This document shows, one piece after another, positions 1-14,199 of a stretch of 64,000 nt of DNA. The stretch is from assembly GCA_964016885.1 (NCBI GenBank), contig OZ024745.1:65286001-65350000 (forward strand), written 5' to 3'. How positions within the stretch are numbered: position 1 is the first letter of the stretch; every line of letters starts with the position of its first letter. The notes beneath the pieces were generated by a model, which was given only the letters and a program-made list of their open reading frames with translations, did no database searches and was not told where the DNA came from. The position numbers were made by a program, and so were the translations under genes. Origin of the DNA: Eledone cirrhosa. Its lineage: Eukaryota.

Positions 1-919
1 TTATTTGGGTTGATCCCTTTTTTATTTGGGGGATCCATTTTTTATTTGGGTGATCCATTTTTTATTTTGGGGATCCATTTTTTATTTGGGTGATCCATTT
101 TTTATTTGGGTGATCCATTTTTTATTTGGGGGATCCATTTTTTATTTGGGTGATCCATTTTTTATTTGGGTGATCCATTTTTTATTTGAGGGACCCATTT
201 TATATTTGGGTGATCCATTTTTTATTTGGGTGATCCATTTTTTATTTGGGGGATTCATTTTTTATTTGGGGGATCCATTTTTTATTTGGGGGATCCATTT
301 TTTATTTGGGGGTCCATTTTTTATTTCGGGGATCCATTTTTTATTTGGGTGATTCATTTTTTATTTGGGGGATCCATTTTTTATTTGGGTGATCCATTTT
401 TTTTATTTGGGGGTCCATTTTTTATTTGGGTGATCCATTTTTTATTTGGGTGATCCATTTTTTAATTGGGTGATCCATTTTTATTTGGGTGATCCATTTT
501 TTACTTGGGGGATCCATTTTTTATTTGGGTGATCCATTTTTTATTTTGCTGATTCATTTTTTATTTGGGTGATCCATTTTTTATTTGGAGGATCCATTTT
601 TTATTTGGGTGAACCATTTTTTATTTGGGGGATCCATTTTTTATTTGGGTGATCCATTTTTTATTTGGGTGATCCATTTTTTATTTGGGGGATCCATGTT
701 TTATTTGGGTGATCCATTTTTTATTTGGGTGATCCATTTTTTATTTGGGGGATCCATTTTTTATTTGGGGGATCCATTTTTTATTTGAGTGATCCATTTT
801 TATTTGGAGATCCATTTTGTATTTGGGTGATCCATTTTGTATTTGGGGGATCCATTTTTTAATTGGGTGATCCATTTTTTATTTGGGGGATCCATTTTTT
901 ATTTGGGGGATCCATTTTT

Positions 920-3900
920 TATTTGGGGGATCCATTGTTTATTTGGGTGATCCATTTTTTATTTGGGTGATCCATTTTTTATTTGGGGGATCCATTTTTT
1001 ATTTGGGGGATCCATTTTTTATTTGGGTGATCCATTTTTTATTTGGGTGATCCATTTTTTATTTGGGGGATCCATTTTTTATTTGGGGGATCCATTTTTT
1101 ATTTGGTTGATCCATTTTTTATTAGGGGGATCCATATTTTTTTGGGTGATCCATTTTAATTTGGAGATCCATTTTTTGTTTAGGTGATCCATTTTATAAT
1201 TGGGTGATCCATTTTTTATTTGGGGGATCCATTTTTTATTTGGGGGATCCATTATTTATTTGGGTGATGCATTTTTTATTTGGGTGATCCATTTTTTATT
1301 TGGGTGATCCATTTTTTATTTGGGTGATCCATTTTTTATTTGGGTGATCCATTTTTTATTTGGGGGATCCATTTTTATTTGGGTGATCCATTTTTTATTT
1401 GGGTGATCCATTTTTTATTTGAGGGATCCATTTTATATTTGGGTGATCCATTTTTTATATGGGTGATCCATTTTTTATTTGGGGGATCCATTTTTTATTT
1501 GGGGGATCCATTTTTTATTTGGGGGATCCATTTTTTATTTGGGGGATCCATTTTTTATTTCGGGGATCCATTTTTTATTTGGGTGATTCATTTTTTATTT
1601 GGGGGATCCATTTTTTATTTGGGTAATCCATTTTTTTTATTTGGGGGTCCATTTTTTATTTGGGTGATCCATTTTTTATTTGGATGATCCATTTTTTAAT
1701 TGGGTGATCCATTTTTATTTGGGTGATCCATTTTTTACTTGGGGGATGCATTTTTTATTTGGGTGATCCATTTTTTATTTTGCTGATTCATTTTTTATTT
1801 GGGTGATCCATTTTTTATTTGGGGGATCCATTTTTTATTTGGGTGAACCATTTTTTATTTGGGAGATCCATTTTTTATTTGGGTGATCCATTTTTTATTT
1901 GGGTGATCCATTTTTTATTTGGGGGATCCATTTTTTATTTGGGTGATCCATTTTTTATTTGGGTGATCCATTTTTTATTTGGGGGATCCATTTTTTATTT
2001 GGGGGATCCATTTTTTATTTGGGTGATCCATTTTTATTTGGAGATCCATTTTGTATTTGGGTGATCCATTTTTTAATTGGGTGATCCATTTTTTATTTGG
2101 GTGATCCATTTTTTATTTGGGTGATCCATTTTTTATTTGGGGGATCCATTTTTTATTTGGGTGATCCATTTTTTATTTGGGGATCCATTTTTTATTTGGG
2201 TGATCCATTTTTTATTTGGGTGATCCATTTTTTATTTGGGGGATCCATTTTTTATTTGGGTGATCCATTTTTTATTTGGGGGGGTCCATTTTTTATTTGG
2301 GGGATCCATTTTTATTTGGGTGATCCATTTTTTATTTGGGGGATCCATTTTTTATTTGGGTGATCCCTTTTTTATTTGGGGGATCCATTTTTTATTTGGG
2401 TGATCCATTTTTTATTTGGGGGATCCATTTTTTATTTGGGGGATTCATTTTTTATTTGGGTGATCCATTTTTTATTAGGGGGATCCATTTTTTATTTGGG
2501 TGATCCATTTTTATTTGGAGATCCATTTTTTATTTAGGTGATCCATTTTATAATTGGGTGATCCATTTTTTATTTGGGGGATCTATTTTTTATTTGGGGG
2601 ATCCATTATTTATTTGGGTGATCCATTTTTTATTTGGGTGATCCATTTTTTATTTGGGTGATCCATTTTTTATTTGGGTGATCTATTTTTTATTTGGGTG
2701 ATCCATTTTTTATTTGGGGGATCCATTTTTTATTTGGGTGATCCATTTTTTATTTGGGGGATCCATTTTTTATTTGGGTGATCCATTTTTTATTTGGGGG
2801 ATCCATTTTTTATTTCGGGGATCCATTTTTTATTTGGGTGATTCATTTTTTATTTGGGGGATCCATTTTTTATTTTGGGTGATCCATTTTTTATTAGGGG
2901 GATCCATTTTTTATTTGGGTGATCCATTTTTATTTGTAGATCCATTTTTTATTTGGGTGATCCATTTTTTAATTGGAAGATCCATTTTTTATTTGGGGGA
3001 TCCATTTTTTATTTGGGGGATCCATTATTTATTTGGGTGATCCATTTTTTATTTGGGTGATCCATTTTTTATTCGGGGGATCCATTTTTTATTTGGGTGA
3101 TCCATTTTTTATTTGGGTGATCCATTTTTTAATTGGGGATCCATTTTTTATTTAGTTGATCCATTTTTTAATTGGGTGATACATTTTTTATTTGGGGGAT
3201 CCATTTTTTATTTGGGGGATCCATTTTTTATTTGGGGGATCCATTGTTTATTTGGGTGATCCATTTTTTATTTGGGTGATCCATTTTTTATTTGGGGGAT
3301 CCATTTTGTATTTGGGTGATCCATTTTTTATTTGGGTGATCCATTTTTTATTTGGGTGATCCATTTTTTATTTGTGGGATCCATTTTTTATTTGGGTGAT
3401 CCATTTTTTATTTGGGGGATCCTTTTTTTATTTGGGTGATCCATTTTTTATTTGGGTGATCCATTTTTTATTTGGGGGATCCATTTTTTATTTGGGTGAT
3501 CCATATTTTATTTGGGTGATCCATTTTTTATTTGGGGGATCCATTTTTTATTTGGGTGATCCATTTTTTATTTGGGGGATCCATTTTTTATTTGGGGGAT
3601 CCATTTTTTATTTGGGTGATCCATTTTTTATATGGGTGATCCATTTTTTATTTGGGGGGATCCATTTTTAATTTGGGTGATCCATTTTTTATTTGGGGGA
3701 TCCATTTTTTATTTGGGTGATCCATATTTTATTTGGGGGATCCATTTTTTATTTGGGTGATCCATTTTTTATTTGGGTGATCCATTTTTTAATTGGGTGA
3801 TCCATTTTTTATTTGGGGGATCCATTGTTTATTTGGGTGATCCATTTTTTATTTGGGTGATCCATTTTTTATTTGGGGGATCCATTTTTTATTTGGGGGA

Positions 3901-6720
3901 TCCATTTTTTATTTGGGTGATCCATTTTTTATTTGGGTGATCCATTTTTTATTTGGGGGATCCATTTTTTATTTGGGGGATCCATTTTTTATTTGGTTGA
4001 TCCATTTTTTATTAGGGGGATCCATATTTTTTTGGGTGATCCATTTTAATTTGGAGATCCATTTTTTGTTTAGGTGATCCATTTTATAATTGGGTGATCC
4101 ATTTTTTATTTGGGGGATCCATTTTTTATTTGGGGGATCCATTATTTATTTGGGTGATGCATTTTTTATTTGGGTGATCCATTTTTTATTTGGGTGATCC
4201 ATTTTTTATTTGGGTGATCCATTTTTTATTTGGGTGATCCATTTTTTATTTGGGGGATCCATTTTTTATTTGGGTGATCCATTTTTTATTTGGGTGATCC
4301 ATTTTTTATTTGAGGGATCCATTTTATATTTGGGTGATCCATTTTTTATATGGGTGATCCATTTTTTATTTGGGGGATCCATTTTTTATTTGGGGGATCC
4401 ATTTTTTATTTGGGGGATCCATTTTTTATTTGGGGGATCCATTTTTTATTTCGGGGATCCATTTTTTATTTGGGTGATTCATTTTTTATTTGGGGGATCC
4501 ATTTTTTATTTGGGTAATCCATTTTTTTTATTTGGGGGTCCATTTTTTATTTGGGTGATCCATTTTTTATTTGGATGATCCATTTTTTAATTGGGTGATC
4601 CATTTTTATTTGGGTGATCCATTTTTTACTTGGGGGATGCATTTTTTATTTGGGTGATCCATTTTTTATTTTGCTGATTCATTTTTTATTTGGGTGATCC
4701 ATTTTTTATTTGGGGGATCCATTTTTTATTTGGGTGAACCATTTTTTATTTGGGAGATCCATTTTTTATTTGGGTGATCCATTTTTTATTTGGGTGATCC
4801 ATTTTTTATTTGGGGGATCCATTTTTTATTTGGGTGATCCATTTTTTATTTGGGTGATCCATTTTTTATTTGGGGGATCCATTTTTTATTTGGGGGATCC
4901 ATTTTTTATTTGGGTGATCCATTTTTATTTGGAGATCCATTTTGTATTTGGGTGATCCATTTTTTAATTGGGTGATCCATTTTTTATTTGGGTGATCCAT
5001 TTTTTATTTGGGTGGTCCATTTTTTATTTGGGTGATCCATTTTTTATTTGGGGGATCCATTTTTTATTTGGGTGATCCATTTTTTATTTGGGGATCCATT
5101 TTTTATTTGGGTGATCCATTTTTTATTTGGGTGATCCATTTTTTATTTGGGGGATCCATTTTTTATTTGGGTGATCCATTTTTTATTTGGGGGGGTCCAT
5201 TTTTTATTTGGGGGATCCATTTTTATTTGGGTGATCCATTTTTTATTTGGGGGATCCATTTTTTATTTGGGTGATCCCTTTTTTATTTGGGGGATCCATT
5301 TTTTATTTGGGTGATCCATTTTTTATTTGGGGGATCCATTTTTTATTTGGGGGATTCATTTTTTATTTGGGTGATCCATTTTTTATTAGGGGGATCCATT
5401 TTTTATTTGGGTGATCCATTTTTATTTGGAGATCCATTTTTTATTTAGGTGATCCATTTTATAATTGGGTGATCCATTTTTTATTTGGGGGATCCATTTT
5501 TTATTTGGGGGATCCATTATTTATTTGGGTGATCCATTTTTTATTTGGGTGATCCATTTTTTATTTGGGTGATCCATTTTTTATTTGGGTGATCTATTTT
5601 TTATTTGGGTGATCCATTTTTTATTTGGGGGATCCATTTTTTATTTGGGTGATCCATTTTTTATTTGGGGGATCCATTTTTTATTTGGGTGATCCATTTT
5701 TTATTTGGGGGATCCATTTTTTATTTCGGGGATCCATTTTTTATTTGGGTGATTCATTTTTTATTTGGGGGATCCATTTTTTATTTTGGGTGATCCATTT
5801 TTTATTAGGGGGATCCATTTTTTATTTGGGTGATCCATTTTTATTTATAGATACATTTTTTATTTGGGTGATCCATTTTTTAATTGGAAGATCCATTTTT
5901 TATTTGGGGGATCCATTTTTTATTTGGGGGATCCATTATTTATTTGGGTGATCCATTTTTTATTTGGGTGATCCATTTTTTATTCGGGGGATCCATTTTT
6001 TATTTGGGTGATCCATTTTTTATTTGGGTGATCCATTTTTTAATTGGGGATCCATTTTTTATTTAGTTGATCCATTTTTTAATTGGGTGATACATTTTTT
6101 ATTTGGGGGATCCATTTTTTATTTGGGGGATCCATTTTTTATTTGGGGGATCCATTGTTTATTTGGGTGATCCATTTTTTATTTGGGTGATCCATTTTTT
6201 ATTTGGGGGATCCATTTTGTATTTGGGTGATCCATTTTTTATTTGGGTGATCCATTTTTTATTTGGGTGATCCATTTTTTATTTGTGGGATCCATTTTTT
6301 ATTTGGGTGATCCATTTTTTATTTGGGGGATCCTTTTTTTATTTGGGTGATCCATTTTTTATTTGGGTGATCCATTTTTTATTTGGGGGATCCATTTTTT
6401 ATTTGGGTGATCCATATTTTATTTGGGTGATCCATTTTTTATTTGGGTGATCCATTTTTTATTTGGGTGATCCATTTTTTATTTGGGGGATCCATTTTTT
6501 ATTTGGGGGATCCATTTTTTATTTGGGTGATCCATTTTTTATATGGGTGATCCATTTTTTATTTGGGGGGATCCATTTTTAATTTGGGTGATCCATTTTT
6601 TATTTGGGGGATCCATTTTTTATTTGGGTGATCCATATTTTATTTGGGGGATCCATTTTTTATTTGGGTGATCCATTTTTTATTTGGGTGATCCATTTTT
6701 TAATTGGGTGATCCATTTTT
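920..6720 (+). repeat. Tandem higher-order duplication, period ~2.9 kb (~920-3810 and ~3810-6720)
   Basis: Matching ORF translations at 963/3853, 1819/4710, 2714/5625 and 2973/5884 (offsets 2890-2911). Shared rare variants ccatattttttt (~1132/4022) and ggaagatcc (~2976/5886). Confidence 0.85.
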
Positions 6721-9700
6721 TATTTGGGGGATCCATTTTTTATTTGGGTGATCCATTTTTTAGTTGGGTGGTCCATTTTTTATTTGGGTGATCCATTTTT
6801 TATTTGGGGGATCCATTTTTTATTTGGGTGATCCATTTTTTATTTGGGGATCCATTTTTTATTTGGGTGATCCATTTTTTATTTGGGTGATCCATTTTTT
6901 ATTTGGGGGATCCATTTTTTATTTGGGTGATTCATTTTTTATTTGGGGGGTCCATTTTTTATTTGGGGGATCCATTTTTATTTGGGTGATCCATTTTTTA
7001 TTTGGGGGATCCATTTTTTATTTGGGTGATCCATTTTTTATTTGGGTTGATCCCTTTTTTATTTGGGGGATCCATTTTTTATTTGGGTGATCCATTTTTT
7101 ATTTGGGGGATCCATTTTTTATTTGGGTGATCCATTTTTTATTTGAGGGATCCATTTTATATTTGGGTGATCCATTTTTTATTTGGGGGATCCATTATTT
7201 ATTTGGGTGATCCATTTTTTATTTGGGTGATCCATTTTTTATTTGGGTGATCCATTTTTTTTTGGGGTGATCCATTTTTTATTTGGGTGATACATTTTTT
7301 ATTTGGGGGATCCATTTTTTATTTGGGTGATCCATTTTTTATTTGGGTGATCCATTTTTTATTTGAGGGATCCATTTTATATTTGGGTGATCCATTTTTT
7401 ATTTGGGTGATCCATTTTTTATTTGGGGGATCCATTTTTTATTTGGGGGATCCATTTTTTATTTGGGGGATCCATTTTTTATTTGGGGGATCCATTTTTT
7501 ATTTCGGGGATCCATTTTTTATTTGGGTGATTCATTTTTTATTTGGGGGATCCATTTTTTATTTGGGTGATCCATTTTTATTTGGAGATCCATTTTTTAT
7601 TTAGGTGATCCATTTTATAATTGGGTGATCCATTTTTTATTTGGGGATCTATTTTTTATTTGGGGGATCCATTATTTATTTGGGTGATCCATTTTTTATT
7701 TGGGTGATCCATTTTTTATTTGGGTGATCCATTTTTTATTTGGGTGATCTATTTTTTATTTGGGTGATCCATTTTTTATTTGGGGGATCCATTTTTTATT
7801 TGGGTGATCCATTTTTTATTTGGGGGATCCATTTTTTATTTGGGTGATCCATTTTTTATTTGGGGGATCCATTTTTTATTTCGGGGATCCATTTTTTATT
7901 TGGGTGATTCATTTTTTATTTGGGGGATCCATTTTTTATTTTGGGTGATCCATTTTTTATTAGGGGGATCCATTTTTTATTTGGGTGATCCATTTTTATT
8001 TGTAGATCCATTTTTTATTTGGGTGATCCATTTTTTAATTGGAAGATCCATTTTTTATTTGGGGGATCCATTTTTTATTTGGGGGATCCATTATTTATTT
8101 GGGTGATCCATTTTTTATTTGGGTGATCCATTTTTTATTCGGGGGATCCATTTTTTATTTGGGTGATCCATTTTTTATTTGGGTGATCCATTTTTTAATT
8201 GGGGATCCATTTTTTATTTAGTTGATCCATTTTTTAATTGGGTGATACATTTTTTATTTGGGGGATCCATTTTTTATTTGGGGGATCCATTTTTTATTTG
8301 GGGGATCCATTGTTTATTTGGGTGATCCATTTTTTATTTGGGTGATCCATTTTTTATTTGGGGGATCCATTTTGTATTTGGGTGATCCATTTTTTATTTG
8401 GGTGATCCATTTTTTATTTGGGTGATCCATTTTTTATTTGTGGGATCCATTTTTTATTTGGGTGATCCATTTTTTATTTGGGGGATCCTTTTTTTATTTG
8501 GGTGATCCATTTTTTATTTGGGTGATCCATTTTTTATTTGGGGGATCCATTTTTTATTTGGGTGATCCATATTTTATTTGGGTGATCCATTTTTTATTTG
8601 GGGGATCCATTTTTTATTTGGGTGATCCATTTTTTATTTGGGGGATCCATTTTTTATTTGGGGGATCCATTTTTTATTTGGGTGATCCATTTTTTATATG
8701 GGTGATCCATTTTTTATTTGGGGGGATCCATTTTTAATTTGGGTGATCCATTTTTTATTTGGGGGATCCATTTTTTATTTGGGTGATCCATATTTTATTT
8801 GGGGGATCCATTTTTTATTTGGGTGATCCATTTTTTATTTGGGTGATCCATTTTTTAATTGGGTGATCCATTTTTTATTTGGGGGATCCATTGTTTATTT
8901 GGGTGATCCATTTTTTATTTGGGTGATCCATTTTTTATTTGGGGGATCCATTTTTTATTTGGGGGATCCATTTTTTATTTGGGTGATCCATTTTTTATTT
9001 GGGTGATCCATTTTTTATTTGGGGGATCCATTTTTTATTTGGGGGATCCATTTTTTATTTGGTTGATCCATTTTTTATTAGGGGGATCCATATTTTTTTG
9101 GGTGATCCATTTTAATTTGGAGATCCATTTTTTGTTTAGGTGATCCATTTTATAATTGGGTGATCCATTTTTTATTTGGGGGATCCATTTTTTATTTGGG
9201 GGATCCATTATTTATTTGGGTGATGCATTTTTTATTTGGGTGATCCATTTTTTATTTGGGTGATCCATTTTTTATTTGGGTGATCCATTTTTTATTTGGG
9301 TGATCCATTTTTTATTTGGGGGATCCATTTTTTATTTGGGTGATCCATTTTTTATTTGGGTGATCCATTTTTTATTTGAGGGATCCATTTTATATTTGGG
9401 TGATCCATTTTTTATATGGGTGATCCATTTTTTATTTGGGGGATCCATTTTTTATTTGGGGGATCCATTTTTTATTTGGGGGATCCATTTTTTATTTGGG
9501 GGATCCATTTTTTATTTCGGGGATCCATTTTTTATTTGGGTGATTCATTTTTTATTTGGGGGATCCATTTTTTATTTGGGTAATCCATTTTTTTTATTTG
9601 GGGGTCCATTTTTTATTTGGGTGATCCATTTTTTATTTGGATGATCCATTTTTTAATTGGGTGATCCATTTTTATTTGGGTGATCCATTTTTTACTTGGG

Positions 9701-12640
9701 GGATGCATTTTTTATTTGGGTGATCCATTTTTTATTTTGCTGATTCATTTTTTATTTGGGTGATCCATTTTTTATTTGGGGGATCCATTTTTTATTTGGG
9801 TGAACCATTTTTTATTTGGGAGATCCATTTTTTATTTGGGTGATCCATTTTTTATTTGGGTGATCCATTTTTTATTTGGGGGATCCATTTTTTATTTGGG
9901 TGATCCATTTTTTATTTGGGTGATCCATTTTTTATTTGGGGGATCCATTTTTTATTTGGGGGATCCATTTTTTATTTGGGTGATCCATTTTTATTTGGAG
10001 ATCCATTTTGTATTTGGGTGATCCATTTTTTAATTGGGTGATCCATTTTTTATTTGGGTGATCCATTTTTTATTTGGGTGGTCCATTTTTTATTTGGGTG
10101 ATCCATTTTTTATTTGGGGGATCCATTTTTTATTTGGGTGATCCATTTTTTATTTGGGGATCCATTTTTTATTTGGGTGATCCATTTTTTATTTGGGTGA
10201 TCCATTTTTTATTTGGGGGATCCATTTTTTATTTGGGTGATCCATTTTTTATTTGGGGGGGTCCATTTTTTATTTGGGGGATCCATTTTTATTTGGGTGA
10301 TCCATTTTTTATTTGGGGGATCCATTTTTTATTTGGGTGATCCCTTTTTTATTTGGGGGATCCATTTTTTATTTGGGTGATCCATTTTTTATTTGGGGGA
10401 TCCATTTTTTATTTGGGGGATTCATTTTTTATTTGGGTGATCCATTTTTTATTAGGGGGATCCATTTTTTATTTGGGTGATCCATTTTTATTTGGAGATC
10501 CATTTTTTATTTAGGTGATCCATTTTATAATTGGGTGATCCATTTTTTATTTGGGGGATCCATTTTTTATTTGGGGGATCCATTATTTATTTGGGTGATC
10601 CATTTTTTATTTGGGTGATCCATTTTTTATTTGGGTGATCCATTTTTTATTTGGGTGATCTATTTTTTATTTGGGTGATCCATTTTTTATTTGGGGGATC
10701 CATTTTTTATTTGGGTGATCCATTTTTTATTTGGGGGATCCATTTTTTATTTGGGTGATCCATTTTTTATTTGGGGGATCCATTTTTTATTTCGGGGATC
10801 CATTTTTTATTTGGGTGATTCATTTTTTATTTGGGGGATCCATTTTTTATTTTGGGTGATCCATTTTTTATTAGGGGGATCCATTTTTTATTTGGGTGAT
10901 CCATTTTTATTTATAGATACATTTTTTATTTGGGTGATCCATTTTTTAATTGGAAGATCCATTTTTTATTTGGGGGATCCATTTTTTATTTGGGGGATCC
11001 ATTATTTATTTGGGTGATCCATTTTTTATTTGGGTGATCCATTTTTTATTCGGGGGATCCATTTTTTATTTGGGTGATCCATTTTTTATTTGGGTGATCC
11101 ATTTTTTAATTGGGGATCCATTTTTTATTTAGTTGATCCATTTTTTAATTGGGTGATACATTTTTTATTTGGGGGATCCATTTTTTATTTGGGGGATCCA
11201 TTTTTTATTTGGGGGATCCATTGTTTATTTGGGTGATCCATTTTTTATTTGGGTGATCCATTTTTTATTTGGGGGATCCATTTTGTATTTGGGTGATCCA
11301 TTTTTTATTTGGGTGATCCATTTTTTATTTGGGTGATCCATTTTTTATTTGTGGGATCCATTTTTTATTTGGGTGATCCATTTTTTATTTGGGGGATCCT
11401 TTTTTTATTTGGGTGATCCATTTTTTATTTGGGTGATCCATTTTTTATTTGGGGGATCCATTTTTTATTTGGGTGATCCATATTTTATTTGGGTGATCCA
11501 TTTTTTATTTGGGTGATCCATTTTTTATTTGGGTGATCCATTTTTTATTTGGGGGATCCATTTTTTATTTGGGGGATCCATTTTTTATTTGGGTGATCCA
11601 TTTTTTATATGGGTGATCCATTTTTTATTTGGGGGGATCCATTTTTAATTTGGGTGATCCATTTTTTATTTGGGGGATCCATTTTTTATTTGGGTGATCC
11701 ATATTTTATTTGGGGGATCCATTTTTTATTTGGGTGATCCATTTTTTATTTGGGTGATCCATTTTTTAATTGGGTGATCCATTTTTTATTTGGGGGATCC
11801 ATTTTTTATTTGGCTGATCCATTTTTTAGTTGGGTGGTCCATTTTTTATTTGGGTGATCCATTTTTTATTTGGGGGATCCATTTTTTATTTGGGTGATCC
11901 ATTTTTTATTTGGGGATCCATTTTTTATTTGGGTGATCCATTTTTTATTTGGGTGATCCATTTTTTATTTGGGGGATCCATTTTTTATTTGGGTGATTCA
12001 TTTTTTATTTGGGGGGTCCATTTTTTATTTGGGGGATCCATTTTTATTTGGGTGATCCATTTTTTATTTGGGGGATCCATTTTTTATTTGGGTGATCCAT
12101 TTTTTATTTGGGTTGATCCCTTTTTTATTTGGGGGATCCATTTTTTATTTGGGTGATCCATTTTTTATTTGGGGGATCCATTTTTTATTTGGGTGATCCA
12201 TTTTTTATTTGAGGGATCCATTTTATATTTGGGTGATCCATTTTTTATTTGGGGGATCCATTATTTATTTGGGTGATCCATTTTTTATTTGGGTGATCCA
12301 TTTTTTATTTGGGTGATCCATTTTTTTTTGGGGTGATCCATTTTTTATTTGGGTGATACATTTTTTATTTGGGGGATCCATTTTTTATTTGGGTGATCCA
12401 TTTTTTATTTGGGTGATCCATTTTTTATTTGAGGGATCCATTTTATATTTGGGTGATCCATTTTTTATTTGGGTGATCCATTTTTTATTTGGGGGATCCA
12501 TTTTTTATTTGGGGGATCCATTTTTTATTTGGGGGATCCATTTTTTATTTGGGGGATCCATTTTTTATTTCGGGGATCCATTTTTTATTTGGGTGATTCA
12601 TTTTTTATTTGGGGGATCCATTTTTTATTTGGGTGATCCA
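2500..12640 (+). repeat. Tandem higher-order duplication, period 5,066 bp (~2500-7570 and ~7570-12640)
   Basis: Eleven ORF pairs at an exact 5066 offset: 2714/7780, 2973/8039, 3372/8438, 3853/8919, 4210/9276, 4710/9776, 5008/10074, 5625/10691, 5884/10950, 6764/11830, 7287/12353. The private variant tatagatac is at ~5846 and ~10912. Confidence 0.93.
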
Positions 12641-14199
12641 TTTTTTTAATTTGGGGGTCCATTTTTTATTTGGGTGATCCATTTTTTATTTGGGTGATCC
12701 ATTTTTTAATTGGGTGATCCATTTTTATTTGGGTGATCCATTTTTTACTTGGGGGATCCATTTTATATTTGGGTGATCCATTTTTTATTTTGCTGATTCA
12801 TTTTTTATTTGGGTGATCCATTTTTTATTTGGGGGATCCATTTTTTATTTGGGTGAACCATTTTTTATTTGGGGGATCCATTTTTTATTTGGGTGATCCA
12901 TTTTTTATTTGGGTGATCCATTTTTTATTTGGGGGATCCATTTTTTATTTGGGTGATCCATTTTTTATTTGGGTGATCCATTTTTTATTTGGGTGATCCA
13001 TTTTTTATTTGGGGGATCCATTTTTTATTTGGGGGATCCATTTTTTATTTGGGTGATCCATTTTTATTTGGAGATCCATTTTGTATTTGGGAGATCCATT
13101 TTTTAATTGGGTGATCCATTTTTTATTTGGGTGATCCATTTTTTATTTGGGGGATCCATTTTTTATTTGGGTGATCCATTTTTTATTTGGGTGGTCCATT
13201 TTTTATTTGGGTGATCTATTTTTTATTTGGGGGATCCATTTTTTATTTGGGTGATCCATTTTTTATTTGGGGATCCATTTTTTATTTGGGTGATCCATTT
13301 TTTATTTGGGTGATCCATTTTTTATTTGGGGGATACATTTTTTATTTGGGTGATCCATTTTTTATTTGGGGGGTCCATTTTTTATTTGGGGGATCCATTT
13401 TTATTTGGGTGATCCATTTTTTATTTGGGGGATCCATTTTTTATTTGGGTGATCCATTTTTTATTTGGGTGATCCATTTTTTATTTGGGGGATCCATTTT
13501 TTATTTGGGGGATCCATTTTTTATTTGGGTGATCCATTTTTATTTGGAGATCCATTTTGTATTTGGGTGATCCATTTTTTAATTGGGTGATCCATTTTTT
13601 ATTTGGGTGATCCATTTTTTATTTGGGGGATCCATTTTTTATTTGGGTGATCCATTTTTTATTTGGGTGGTCCATTTTTTATTTGGGTGATCCATTTTTT
13701 ATTTGGGGGATCCATTTTTTATTTGGGTGATCCATTTTTTATTTGGGGATCCATTTTTTATTTGGGTGATCCATTTTTTATTTGGGTGATCCATTTTTTA
13801 TTTGGGGGATACATTTTTTATTTGGGTGATCCATTTTTTATTTGGGGGGTCCATTTTTTATTTGGGGGATCCATTTTTTATTTGGGTGATCAATTTTTTA
13901 ATTGGGTGATCCATTTTTTATTTGGGGGATCCATTTTTTATTTGGGTGATCCATTTTTTAGTTGGGTGGTCCATTTTTTATTTGGGTGATCCACTTTTTA
14001 TTTGGGGGATCCATTTTTTATTTGGGTGATCCATTTTTTATTTGGGGATCCATTTTTTATTTGGGTGATCCATTTTTTATTTGGGTGATCCATTTTTTAT
14101 TTGGGGGATCCATTTTTTATTTGGGTGATCCATTTTTTATTTGGGGATCCATTTTTTATTTGGGTGATCCATTTTTTATTTGGGTGATCCATTTTTTAT

